Origin: a candidate division WWE3 bacterium
GTDB taxonomy: Bacteria > Patescibacteriota > 4484-211 > GCA-002791395
NCBI GenBank assembly: GCA_013335095.1
Contig: JAAXWF010000001.1
Coordinates: 292,268 to 356,267 of the forward strand
Reading direction: 5' to 3'
Length of the DNA: 64,000 nucleotides
The notes under the pieces were generated by a model, which saw nothing but the letters and a program-made list of their open reading frames with translations, had not been told where the DNA came from and did no database searches. Both the position numbers and the translations under genes were made by a program. This document shows, one piece after another, positions 10,401-19,504 of the stretch (the stretch's first letter is position 1; every line of letters starts with the position of its first letter).

Positions 10401-10404
10401 ATGG

Positions 10405-11820
10405 TTATCCGTAGAGTTCCTGACGAATGTGATGAAGGTGGGAGCGTAATAGGGGATTATTATTTTGTTCGATAGCCTGTTTAATTCGATCGCATCCATG
10501 CATAACGGTCGTATGATCTCGTCCACCCAGAACCTCGCCTATTTCTTCGAGGTTCATCCCTAGTTCATTTCGTAAAAGAAACATCGTCATTTGGCGGGGG
10601 AGTACGATCTCCTTTTTTCGTTTTTTTCCGCAGAGGTCTTTTATGCTTGTGTCGAATTGGCGTGTTACTAATTCGAGTATTAGTTCCGGAGTGATACGTT
10701 TTTGAACGGTTTGTACATCGGCTTTGGGTTCTATAACTGATCGGACAAATGCGAGATTGATTGGCTGTGATTGAGTATTGGCCAGTGATTTAACCTGCAG
10801 GAGTGTTCCTTGAATCTCTCGAACGTTTTGACTTGATTGTTCGGCAATGTACTCGTAAATAGCATCGCTTAGATTTATTTGCAATTCTTCAGCTTTTGTT
10901 CGAACGATAGCGAGACGCGTTTCGTAATCCGGCGGGCTTATCTGAACCATTAATCCGCCCTTAAATCGCGAGATTAGTCGATCGGTTAATCCTTGAATTT
11001 GGGATGGTTCGCGGTCTGATACAACGACGATTTGGCTGCCTATTTGTTGCAGTTCATTAAAGCTGTGGTAAAACTCTTCCTGGCTCGACTCCTTTCCTGC
11101 GAGAAACTGGATGTCATCGATTAAAAGGGCATTACAGGTTCTGTAGCGGCTTCTGAACTGTTGCATATCCTTTTTCTGTCTCAGGTGTTCAACCATGTCG
11201 TTAACAAACTTTTCGCTGGTTGTATACATAATTCGATACGAGGAGAAGTTCTCTAATATCCCATTCCCAATCGCATGGAGGAGGTGCGTTTTTCCAACGC
11301 CAGTTGATCCATAAATGAATAGTGGATTATAAATGTGTCCAGGATTTTCCATGACCGATACCGCAGCTGCGTGTACCACCCGATTGCTTGGCCCAACTAC
11401 ATAATTGTCTAGCGTCATCTGGGGATTTAGAAGTCCTACCTCTGGTCTTTGAATAGACATTGTCGAACTTTCTCGTGGGGTGTAGGTGGTTGGGGATGAG
11501 TTTGTGGCCAGTGGAGAGGCTTTTAAGTCTGGGGCTTCGTCAAATAAGGGCCCGTGCACCGGTGTTTGTACGCGAAGAGGCTTCACAATAAAGTCGATGC
11601 TGTATTTACGTTGCTCGATCTGTCGGATGATATCGGCGATTTTATCGGCATAGCGTTTTTGGATAATACTTTTGCTATATGAATCGGTACAAGCGATGAT
11701 TATTTTATCTTCACTTGTTTCATAAAGCTGAGTGTTGCGAAACCACGTAGATACTGCAGCTGGATCTAATTCTATTTCTAATGTTGCTAAGACTTGTTGC
11801 CATAAATTGGGAGAAGCCAT
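10405..11820 (-). CDS. dnaA: Chromosomal replication initiator DnaA
   Basis: YNPLFIYGSTGVGKTHL, LLIDDIQF, GGRDHTTVMH. Confidence 0.98.
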   Translation of the reverse strand: MASPNLWQQVLATLEIELDPAAVSTWFRNTQLYETSEDKIIIACTDSYSKSIIQKRYADKIADIIRQIEQRKYSIDFIVKPLRVQTPVHGPLFDEAPDLKASPLATNSSPTTYTPRESSTMSIQRPEVGLLNPQMTLDNYVVGPSNRVVHAAAVSVMENPGHIYNPLFIYGSTGVGKTHLLHAIGNGILENFSSYRIMYTTSEKFVNDMVEHLRQKKDMQQFRSRYRTCNALLIDDIQFLAGKESSQEEFYHSFNELQQIGSQIVVVSDREPSQIQGLTDRLISRFKGGLMVQISPPDYETRLAIVRTKAEELQINLSDAIYEYIAEQSSQNVREIQGTLLQVKSLANTQSQPINLAFVRSVIEPKADVQTVQKRITPELILELVTRQFDTSIKDLCGKKRKKEIVLPRQMTMFLLRNELGMNLEEIGEVLGGRDHTTVMHGCDRIKQAIEQNNNPLLRSHLHHIRQELYG

Positions 11821-11944
11821 GATGTTCTCCTACGATACTTGTTTTTGTGGAAAACTGTCAATTCGATTTTAGGTTGATACGTTAGTGTTTTTAGGTCAAT
11901 GGGAAGTATAGGCTACTGCTATGTGGATAACTCTGGTTTTGTAA

Positions 11945-12856
11945 TTATGCTTTTCTAAAACTGATTACAAAGCCGTAAGCGGTGAGCATAAACAGCAGGG
12001 TAAAGAAGATTAACGTATTTTCGGTCGTACCGCTTTCAGGTAATACCGTGGCAAGTGGAGTTGGAGTGACAGTTGGTCGTGATGTCGGTGTCGGGGTTTT
12101 TGTAGGTGTTGGTGTGCTTGTCGCAATTGGTGCCCCTAGTGCTACTGTGGGGGTATTTGTCGGACGACTGGTAACGCTTGGTGCTTGGGTTGGGGTATTT
12201 GATGGTTTTGCGGTTACAGTTGGGGCTATTGTTGTTCCCGCTGTAGGGGATGCCGCTGGGGTCGTATTTGCGTTTGTTCCTTCGCAGTCAAACGAAGAGC
12301 TGCAATAATTTTGTCCCGGACCAGGAACTTCGACGCATAATCCAAAACGGCATTCCAAATGGGTCTGGGATTGAGCGGTTTCAGAAGGAGTTACCGTTGG
12401 TGTTACTGCTTTAGTTGGCGTGGCAGTTGGTTCGGGTGTTTGGTTATTTGTAGAAGATGGTTTAAAGAAAAAGAACCACGCCGCCGCTCCAAGGCCTACT
12501 ATTAAGATACCAACAATGAGTAAGATGATGCGCATTTTTCCTCCTGAAGATCCTGATTCACCCTCTGTGGTTAGGGCTGGCGCCGGTTGATCTGGTTGTC
12601 CTGCGTTTTCTAGGTAATTTACGCCAAGTTGATCATGGGCATGATCTGGTTCAGGTGCGGCAATCATATCGTTGGGGTGGGGTTGATCAACCGGTGGGGT
12701 TGTGTTGAAGCTATTTGTAGTATCTATTGGCATGGGTGCTTGTGCGATTGGTTGTTCTGGCGCATATCCGGATTGAATAGGTTCAGCTGTTGGTGGGTAA
12801 TTGGTCTCGTTTATTGGAAGATCGTTCTGGGGTAGTGATTGGTCTTGGCTATCCAT
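11945..12856 (-). CDS. Pro/Thr-rich surface protein with internal TM helix and C-terminal LPESG sorting-like signal
   Basis: TM helix near aa 108-131, 4-Cys module, PT repeats, LPESG + hydrophobic stretch + RKA. Confidence 0.7.
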   Translation of the reverse strand: MDSQDQSLPQNDLPINETNYPPTAEPIQSGYAPEQPIAQAPMPIDTTNSFNTTPPVDQPHPNDMIAAPEPDHAHDQLGVNYLENAGQPDQPAPALTTEGESGSSGGKMRIILLIVGILIVGLGAAAWFFFFKPSSTNNQTPEPTATPTKAVTPTVTPSETAQSQTHLECRFGLCVEVPGPGQNYCSSSFDCEGTNANTTPAASPTAGTTIAPTVTAKPSNTPTQAPSVTSRPTNTPTVALGAPIATSTPTPTKTPTPTSRPTVTPTPLATVLPESGTTENTLIFFTLLFMLTAYGFVISFRKA

Positions 12857-12923
12857 ACTATAGAATCAGTATCGCTAAGCGCATAAGTCGTGTCAAGTGT
12901 AGTAGGTGTTACAATACGAATAT

Positions 12924-14231
12924 ATGAATAAAAAACCAATTGTAACAACCGAAGGCTATCGTGGGACTCGTGATTTTTACCCATCAGAGATGGCTAAATT
13001 ACGATACATTTTTGACGTTTGGAGTCGAGTATCAAAACGATATGGATTTGAGGAATATTTAGCTCCACTTTTAGAAAATTGGGATTTGTATGCTGCTAAA
13101 AATGTCAGCGGTGAAGAGATTGTTAATGAACAATTGTACTGGTTTGAAGATCGTGGCGGACGAAAAGTAGCCATTCGTCCCGAAATGACGCCGAGTGTAT
13201 CGCGTATGGTTGCAGGTCGGCTGCAGGAGCTCATAAAACCGGTTCGATGGTATTCGATTGCCAACTTTATGAGGTATGAGAAACCACAGCGGGGGAGGGT
13301 GCGGGAATTTTTTCAATTGAACGTTGATTTGTTTGGTGATGACAGTATTTTGGCCGATGCGGAAATTATCGAAATTGCTGCGGCAATTATGCGGGAATTT
13401 AACGCAACCTCGGAGATGTATGCGATCTACGTAAATAATCGAAAATGGATGGATTTTTGGGTAAGTAAAGTGTTGTCATATAAGGGTGAAGTGTCTAAGT
13501 TGAATAGATTGATTGATCGGTTACCTAAGCAGTCTGAGTCTGAGAATGCGGCCCAGTTGAGCCAGTTAGGGCTTTCTACCAAACAGGTGGATATGGTGTT
13601 GCAGCTTCCTTTCATGTCTATTTCAGATGTGGCGAAATATCAACGAGAATCTGAAGGTGCCCGTGAATTAGTGGGTTTGTTTGAGGTCGTTGATAAAAGA
13701 AGCATAGGTGATATTGTTTCTTTTAATTGTTCGATTATGCGCGGGTTGGATTACTATACCGGAATGGTGTTTGAGCAGTTTGATTTAAATCCGGAGAATA
13801 AACGGAGTATGTGTGGCGGTGGTCGATATGAGGGCTTAGTTAGTATGTTTGGAAAAGATAATTTGACTGCGGTCGGATTTGCTCCAGGAGATGTCACGAC
13901 GTTAAACTTTTTAGAAGGATGGAATTTATTACCACAAATAAGTACCAATGCACCTATTTTGGTGTCTGTATTTAATTCGTCTTTGCAGGGTGAATCGTGG
14001 ATGTTGGCGCAAATTTTGAGACAATCGGGTTTGGACGTCGAGCTTTATACAAAGGATGGTATATCTATTTCTGATCAGTTAAAGTACGCCAATAAAAAAG
14101 GGTTTCGGTATGTGTTGATTTTAGGTGAAGATGAATTAGCTAAGGGTGAAGTCTTAGTTAAAGACATGGTATTAGGTAAACAGAATTCTGTTGTGGCTTC
14201 TGAGTTACCATCTCTACTTAAAAACTCCTGA
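12924..14231 (+). CDS. hisS: Histidine--tRNA ligase
   Basis: GTRDFYP, RPEMTPS, RYEKPQRGRVREFFQ, RGLDYYTG, GGGRYEGL. Confidence 0.97.
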   Translation: MNKKPIVTTEGYRGTRDFYPSEMAKLRYIFDVWSRVSKRYGFEEYLAPLLENWDLYAAKNVSGEEIVNEQLYWFEDRGGRKVAIRPEMTPSVSRMVAGRLQELIKPVRWYSIANFMRYEKPQRGRVREFFQLNVDLFGDDSILADAEIIEIAAAIMREFNATSEMYAIYVNNRKWMDFWVSKVLSYKGEVSKLNRLIDRLPKQSESENAAQLSQLGLSTKQVDMVLQLPFMSISDVAKYQRESEGARELVGLFEVVDKRSIGDIVSFNCSIMRGLDYYTGMVFEQFDLNPENKRSMCGGGRYEGLVSMFGKDNLTAVGFAPGDVTTLNFLEGWNLLPQISTNAPILVSVFNSSLQGESWMLAQILRQSGLDVELYTKDGISISDQLKYANKKGFRYVLILGEDELAKGEVLVKDMVLGKQNSVVASELPSLLKNS

Positions 14232-14309
14232 TTTTAAAGAAAGATAGGGGCTGGATCTCCGAAATTAATCGAAGAACCAGCCCGTGGCCGTTACAAACCT
14301 AGTGGTAGG

Positions 14310-14534
14310 TCAGATCTTGTTCTTCCCGCCGAAGACGGCGAGCATGAGCCCGATCAGAATCATGACGACGCAGACACCGATGCTGCAGATGGCAGCCGAG
14401 ACCTGGTGGTTGCTCACGAAGAGCATCACCAAAGCCGGGAAGCCCGTGTACGGATCATTCTTGAGACCCGCATACGTGCTGACCCCGAGCCCGAACCCAA
14501 CGACCGTCATAACGATACCGATGATCTGTGCCAT
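14310..14534 (-). CDS. Small membrane protein (SD-led cassette)
   Basis: AGGAGGT upstream of ATG at 14534; two hydrophobic segments; hairpin at 14248-14283. Confidence 0.6.
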   Translation of the reverse strand: MAQIIGIVMTVVGFGLGVSTYAGLKNDPYTGFPALVMLFVSNHQVSAAICSIGVCVVMILIGLMLAVFGGKNKI

Positions 14535-14778
14535 GACCTTGAACCTCCTAAATAAGATTGAAACGTGCCAGTGCCTCCGGCAGGGGATAAACCGCACCGT
14601 AGGCTTAATTTAAGTATACCGCTACCATACCCTATAGCAAGTTGCCGATAGTGCGAAATTTGTATTCCTATAGTTATTGCGGTAATTGTGCGGGAAATAT
14701 CATTACCTTGTTCATGCATAACCTTGATCAAATACACAATCAATATGGTTATTATGTTGCGGTTAGGAGGTGATAAAC

Positions 14779-14979
14779 ATGGATGAAAAAACTGTAAACC
14801 CGATCCAAATTCAGAAGTTTCTTGCCGGTGTCGATTATCCGGCAACAAAGGATGAATTAGTTGACTCTGCGGTAGAGCAAGGAGCTGATGACTCTGTTAT
14901 CGAGTCGCTCCAAAGCCTTCCGGATCAAGAATACCAAAAACCCACGGACGTTAGTGAAGCGCTAGGTAAAAAATCTTAA
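14779..14979 (+). CDS. DUF2795-family small protein
   Basis: QKFLAGVDYPATKDEL...LPDQEYQKPTDV; SD AGGAGGTGA. Confidence 0.8.
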   Translation: MDEKTVNPIQIQKFLAGVDYPATKDELVDSAVEQGADDSVIESLQSLPDQEYQKPTDVSEALGKKS

Positions 14980-15249
14980 ATCTTACCTAATTATTACGAA
15001 AATGTTAACAAATATTCATGATATAGTTTTACGATTTCTGTGGTTAAGGTGTTACTGTTATAAAATACAACCGATCAGATGCGTTAGAATGCCGCAGATC
15101 TAGCGTATCTGTATCTGGTTGCTCCCCTACTTATTGAAAAAATTTTTACGAGCAGAGAGAGTCTTGAACGCTGAGTGATCTGAAAAGGAGTGGTCCGTTT
15201 GATATATACTCTAGTAAATCTATTTTATTGTTTCGTAATTATCTTGGAG

Positions 15250-16824
15250 CTATTTTTTAACCGTATCAATGCCAATTACTTGAGAGATATGATTAAAGCC
15301 ATCTCGTTGAAGAAGTTCTTCCAAACCTAGATTTATCGATCCTATTAACTGTGGGCCAACAAAAATCATACCGGTAATAAGTTGTACCAAGCTTGCGCCA
15401 AGTCGTATCTTTGTATATGCATCTTCAGCCGAGAAGATTCCGCCACACCCAATAATGGTGAATCGCTCGTGATACGTGCCGTATGCCCGAGAAATTAATT
15501 CATTTGAGCGATTCCAGGTTGGTTTACCGCTAAAGTTTCCTACCGTAAACTGGTTTACTTCATCAGCTTGCAGTGGTTCGGCGGTCCTGTCTTTTTGCAG
15601 GTTTCCGACAATTATTCCGACAATCAAAGGTTCTTGAGCGAGCGTTTCTAATATGGCATCAAATTGATCATTTGTTACAGATATCGGCATTTTAACCCAA
15701 ATTGGACGGGTGATATTAAGTTTATGTACGCCTTGCAATAGTACCGAGAGATTATCCACGTTATAGAAATCTATTGAGGTTTGTAAATTCGGACAGCTAA
15801 TATTTAGTTCGTAATATGAATGAGAGAGCGTTGAGTGCTCGAACTTCTTAAATGTTTCGGTAATATCGATTACTGCATCCTCTACAGTTTGTATGTCTGA
15901 AGTATTTGTTGTTCCGATACTCACCCCTATTTGCCCAAACATTTCGTGTTTTGCCAGTTTTGTAATTACCGTGTCGGCTCCGGGGTTACGAAAGCCTTTG
16001 TTAACCATGAGCGATTGTGACTGTATCAATCGTCCAAGTTGTGGATCCGGATTACCCTGGCATGGTTTGTTGGTGATTGTTCCGATCGTTTGAAAACCGA
16101 ATCCCATGCTTTCTAGAATTTGAGTTAATTGAGCGTTGTAATCAAATCCGGCAGCTAACCCCACAGGAGAACTAAAGTGAACACCATGATACGCTTGGCA
16201 TAATTTTGAAGAATCATAGTCGTATAACCACGACATAAATGTTCTGGTTATGAGGCATTTTCCAAGTAATTCGCCCACGTTGGTCATACCTATGTGCACT
16301 GTTTGAGGCTTATGAGTAAACAGGAGTGGTTTTAGAACTCTTTGATATCCGATCTTAGTTGCAAAGCTTATTGTATCGACCCGTTCTCGTGTCATTATCA
16401 GCCATATAACCCCAGCGATTACAGTTGATATAAATGCTGATGTGGTGCAGAAAAGGCAGATCGCGCCAATGACAAAAATTTGTAAATACATAAAGTACAG
16501 TGAAGCGAAAAATCCTCCCGCACTGATAGGGTAGAGTAATCGATCGACAAACTTTGTCTTTGGATTTAAGGTTAGTAGCGTTACGGTAAGTATCGTCAGG
16601 TAATAAATAACGCCGATATATGCAAGTGGTATCGAAAATATTTGTGAATAGCTGCTCTGCAGGACACTTCCGCAGTCACTCGCCAAAAATCCGACGCTAC
16701 ATTGTGGTATTGTTCCTGTTGCATGCTCATATGATAGATACCCAGCGTCAAGTAGGCCGAAAGTTGCTAAGCTAAGTATCGAAAGCTTGGCGAAAGATAG
16801 TGAGTTTGATGTAGTGTGAGTCAC
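15250..16824 (-). CDS. pyrD: VKOR domain fused to quinone-type dihydroorotate dehydrogenase
   Basis: VKOR loop Cys pair QC..DC and CLFC; PVGLAAGFD, GNPDPQLGRL, ELNISCPN, IIGCGGIFS, GASLVQL. Confidence 0.85.
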   Translation of the reverse strand: MTHTTSNSLSFAKLSILSLATFGLLDAGYLSYEHATGTIPQCSVGFLASDCGSVLQSSYSQIFSIPLAYIGVIYYLTILTVTLLTLNPKTKFVDRLLYPISAGGFFASLYFMYLQIFVIGAICLFCTTSAFISTVIAGVIWLIMTRERVDTISFATKIGYQRVLKPLLFTHKPQTVHIGMTNVGELLGKCLITRTFMSWLYDYDSSKLCQAYHGVHFSSPVGLAAGFDYNAQLTQILESMGFGFQTIGTITNKPCQGNPDPQLGRLIQSQSLMVNKGFRNPGADTVITKLAKHEMFGQIGVSIGTTNTSDIQTVEDAVIDITETFKKFEHSTLSHSYYELNISCPNLQTSIDFYNVDNLSVLLQGVHKLNITRPIWVKMPISVTNDQFDAILETLAQEPLIVGIIVGNLQKDRTAEPLQADEVNQFTVGNFSGKPTWNRSNELISRAYGTYHERFTIIGCGGIFSAEDAYTKIRLGASLVQLITGMIFVGPQLIGSINLGLEELLQRDGFNHISQVIGIDTVKK

Positions 16825-16928
16825 GAGATTTCCTAATATTTTGTAATACTGAGATTTACTGATATTATAACCCAGTAATGTAGTATCAGTCTTTGCGAAT
16901 GTAGTGATAATATAGTACGTCTTGGCTT

Positions 16929-17576
16929 ATGCAAAAAGATACGTATACTTTTTTGAATAGCTACTTTGAACATAATCCTATGCACCATTTGGATGCAGGG
17001 GATATCTTAGTCCATCCTTCAAACCATTCACCAAATCTTCATTTCTTAGTAAGCGGCACCATTAAACAATATTCTATTGGAAGTAACGGTGAGGAATTAG
17101 TTATAACGGTGTATAAGCCGGGTAGTTTTTTTCCTTTAATGACGGCGCTTGGCGATATTCCTAATCGATATTATTTTAGCGCGCCGGAAGAATCAGAGGT
17201 TCGGATAATCTCGGTGGATGAAGTTAAAGAATTACTTCAAAAAGAACCAACGATTATGTTTGATCTGATAGGACGATTACTCCGAGGTATGCACGGGATA
17301 ATTAGTCGTTTAGAGTCGATCGCATTGGGGGACGCCCATGCACGGGTTGGGACGATGATCGCAATAACAGCTAAGCGTTTTGGCAAAAAAAACGATACCG
17401 GGAGCTTGGAGATTTCTTTAACACATCAAGAGATTGCGGCTGCTACTGGACTTAACCGAGAAACAGTTACCCGAGTACTGCGACATTTTAAAGAGATGGG
17501 GTATATCGATGCCGAGCATGGACATTTATACGTTCGAGATATTTCTATACTCGAATCTTTAGTTGCCGGGGAATAA
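16929..17576 (+). CDS. Crp/Fnr-family transcriptional regulator
   Basis: cNMP-binding-like N-terminus; LTHQEIAAATGLNRETVTRVL HTH. Confidence 0.9.
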   Translation: MQKDTYTFLNSYFEHNPMHHLDAGDILVHPSNHSPNLHFLVSGTIKQYSIGSNGEELVITVYKPGSFFPLMTALGDIPNRYYFSAPEESEVRIISVDEVKELLQKEPTIMFDLIGRLLRGMHGIISRLESIALGDAHARVGTMIAITAKRFGKKNDTGSLEISLTHQEIAAATGLNRETVTRVLRHFKEMGYIDAEHGHLYVRDISILESLVAGE

Positions 17577-17645
17577 CTATTTTCACTATATAAAGTAAGG
17601 GCCGGCACCTTCTGATCTTGGTGATCAGTTGGTACCGGCCGTGTT

Positions 17646-18221
17646 TTAGCGCGAAGGTCGAAGGACCTCGACCATGATCTGCTCTTTTAGGGCGGTTATC
17701 CCACCCTGCGAGAGCTTCTCGGTGATGAGGTCATGTCCGAGACCTGACCGTGCCGCCGCTGACCTCGCCCTCATCATATCGCCATATTGGCGGATGAGGT
17801 CTTCTACCGGCTCGTAGCCGGTGAAGCACTGGCCGAGCGTCATTGCGAGCAGGTTGGCTGGGATGCCGACCCGACGAGCCTGTATACGAAGGCTTTCCCG
17901 ATACTCACGTTCGGTAAGGTAACCTTCGTCCTCGTCTGGTTTCGGACGATGCCCGTTGAGCCGGTTGGTGCCGGCGAACCAGGCCGCTAGTTGTGCAATC
18001 TCTGGCTCGGTGGCTGCCCGTTTCGGGTCAGTTTTTCGAGTCAAAGCACACAGCTGAGCGGCGAGCTCGATGAACTCCCGGTCAACGATTATCGTGACCG
18101 GCTTGGGCTGGGCGATCGGCCGAGCCGGTCCCGACAACCCTTGACGCTTGAGCAGTTCGAGCGTTTTGGTTTTTCCGCCTCTAGCACCGTTATGTTGGTG
18201 CTTCCGTTGGGTGGTGGTCAA
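17646..18221 (-). CDS. GC-rich orphan basic helical protein (cassette 1; TTG start, MTTTQRK)
   Basis: AAGGAGGT before TTG at 18221; promoter TTGACA-18-TATAAT at 18258-18287; terminator 17599-17641. Confidence 0.7.
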   Translation of the reverse strand: MTTTQRKHQHNGARGGKTKTLELLKRQGLSGPARPIAQPKPVTIIVDREFIELAAQLCALTRKTDPKRAATEPEIAQLAAWFAGTNRLNGHRPKPDEDEGYLTEREYRESLRIQARRVGIPANLLAMTLGQCFTGYEPVEDLIRQYGDMMRARSAAARSGLGHDLITEKLSQGGITALKEQIMVEVLRPSR

Positions 18222-18288
18222 GCCGACCTCCTTTGTTTTCAAAGAACTCGTTTTTATATTATAGGATAAAGATGTGTGTGTTGTCAAA

Positions 18289-18393
18289 ACGAAAAAACCC
18301 GGCCCTTTTTTCGCTCCCGAAGGAGAAAAATAGGTACCGGGTTGTGAAGAAGGGGACTGTGGTTAAGCCCCCTCCCTCTTCCGACTTAGCGAA
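18289..18393 (-). ncRNA. Conserved structured 3'UTR/terminator element, copy A
   Basis: TTCGCnnAGTCGGA...ACCCGGTACCTA...CTCC-TTCG-GGAGCGAAAAAAGGGCCGGGTTTTT, shared with 19407-19504. Confidence 0.7.
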
Positions 18394-19059
18394 CTAGGCC
18401 GCGGCCAGCTCGTGCTCGTGGATCACGGGCATCGGGCAGGTGCGCACCGGCTCCGGGGCCTTCTTGGCGGCGATGGCCGCCTCGAGGGCCGAGAAGTCGA
18501 CCTCACACTCCTCCTTGAGGATGCGGGTGACCTCGTTGGTGTCGATGCCAGCATCGGCGGCCTGCTTGCGCAGCTTGGCCAGGAGAGTGTGGCGGTGGTT
18601 GTCCGCCTTCTTCTTGGCCTCGGCCTTTTCGACCTCGAGCTCGGCGCGGCGCTCGATGAGCGCGCGCTTGGCCAGGCGGAACTCGTCGTCCCAGCCTCGG
18701 GCAATGATCTGCCCGAAGTTGGCCTTGCCCATCCCGAGTTCCTCGGCCTGCTTAAGCAGCGACCGCTTGATCTCGATGAGCTTGGTGTGGCGCAGCTTGG
18801 CCTGGTAGCGCTGCTCATAGAGCTTTGCCACCTCGGCGAGGGCTTCGGCGTTCTGCGCCTGGGCGACCTCGTCGACGCGGTACTCGATGCCGCGGTCGTG
18901 GCTCCAGTTGAGTAGCGCCAGCTTAGCCTTGAGCAGCATCAACTCCTCGAACTCCATCTCGCTGCCGTTCTTGCTCGTGAGCCCAGCGCGGCGGGCGCGG
19001 GGGCCGATGTCGGCGCGGAGACGGATGAGCTGGCTCTGCTGGCTGTTGTCGGTAGTCAT
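18394..19059 (-). CDS. GC-rich orphan helical protein (cassette 2)
   Basis: Strong GC3 bias, SD GAGGAG, own promoter and terminator. Confidence 0.75.
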   Translation of the reverse strand: MTTDNSQQSQLIRLRADIGPRARRAGLTSKNGSEMEFEELMLLKAKLALLNWSHDRGIEYRVDEVAQAQNAEALAEVAKLYEQRYQAKLRHTKLIEIKRSLLKQAEELGMGKANFGQIIARGWDDEFRLAKRALIERRAELEVEKAEAKKKADNHRHTLLAKLRKQAADAGIDTNEVTRILKEECEVDFSALEAAIAAKKAPEPVRTCPMPVIHEHELAAA

Positions 19060-19377
19060 GGGAGATTCTCCTCATGCATGTGGGGCATCTGCCCCATATC
19101 TTGACCACTAGGTCTCCATAAGACTGGGCGAGCCCTTTTTAGGGGGCGGCCCATCATTCCGACGGGTTGAGGGCGTGAGCCCTCTCCGAACCCCCGAAGG
19201 GGTCCCAAGTTACCCCGCCAGGCGGGTTACTATGGGTGAACCAACTTGTCGATCTGTATCAACCGGTTAATTCACCCATAGTTGTTCGCATTTACTTTGA
19301 AAAGTACGGTGTAATAACGTGTGTGTTATTACGGCAAACGGTTCTTATATTATAGCGAAATAGGGGATAAAAGTCAA
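19060..19377 (-). promoter_or_regulatory. sigma70 promoter plus ~280-nt multi-hairpin 5' leader
   Basis: TTGACT-17-TATAAT at 19349-19377; TATGGGTGAA/TTCACCCATA stem; GTACTTTT at 19300-19307. Confidence 0.7.
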
Positions 19378-19406
19378 TTGCTATGGGGTAGTTGTGCGTA
19401 GCGTAT

Positions 19407-19504
19407 AACGAAAAACCCGGCCCTTTTTTCGCTCCTTGCGGAGGAATTAGGTACCGGGTGGTGGTGGGAGTCCCGGAGGACTCCCGCCGATCCGACTGTG
19501 CGAA
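19407..19504 (-). ncRNA. Conserved structured 3'UTR/terminator element, copy B
   Basis: Same scaffold as copy A with CTCC-GCAA-GGAG tetraloop. Confidence 0.7.
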
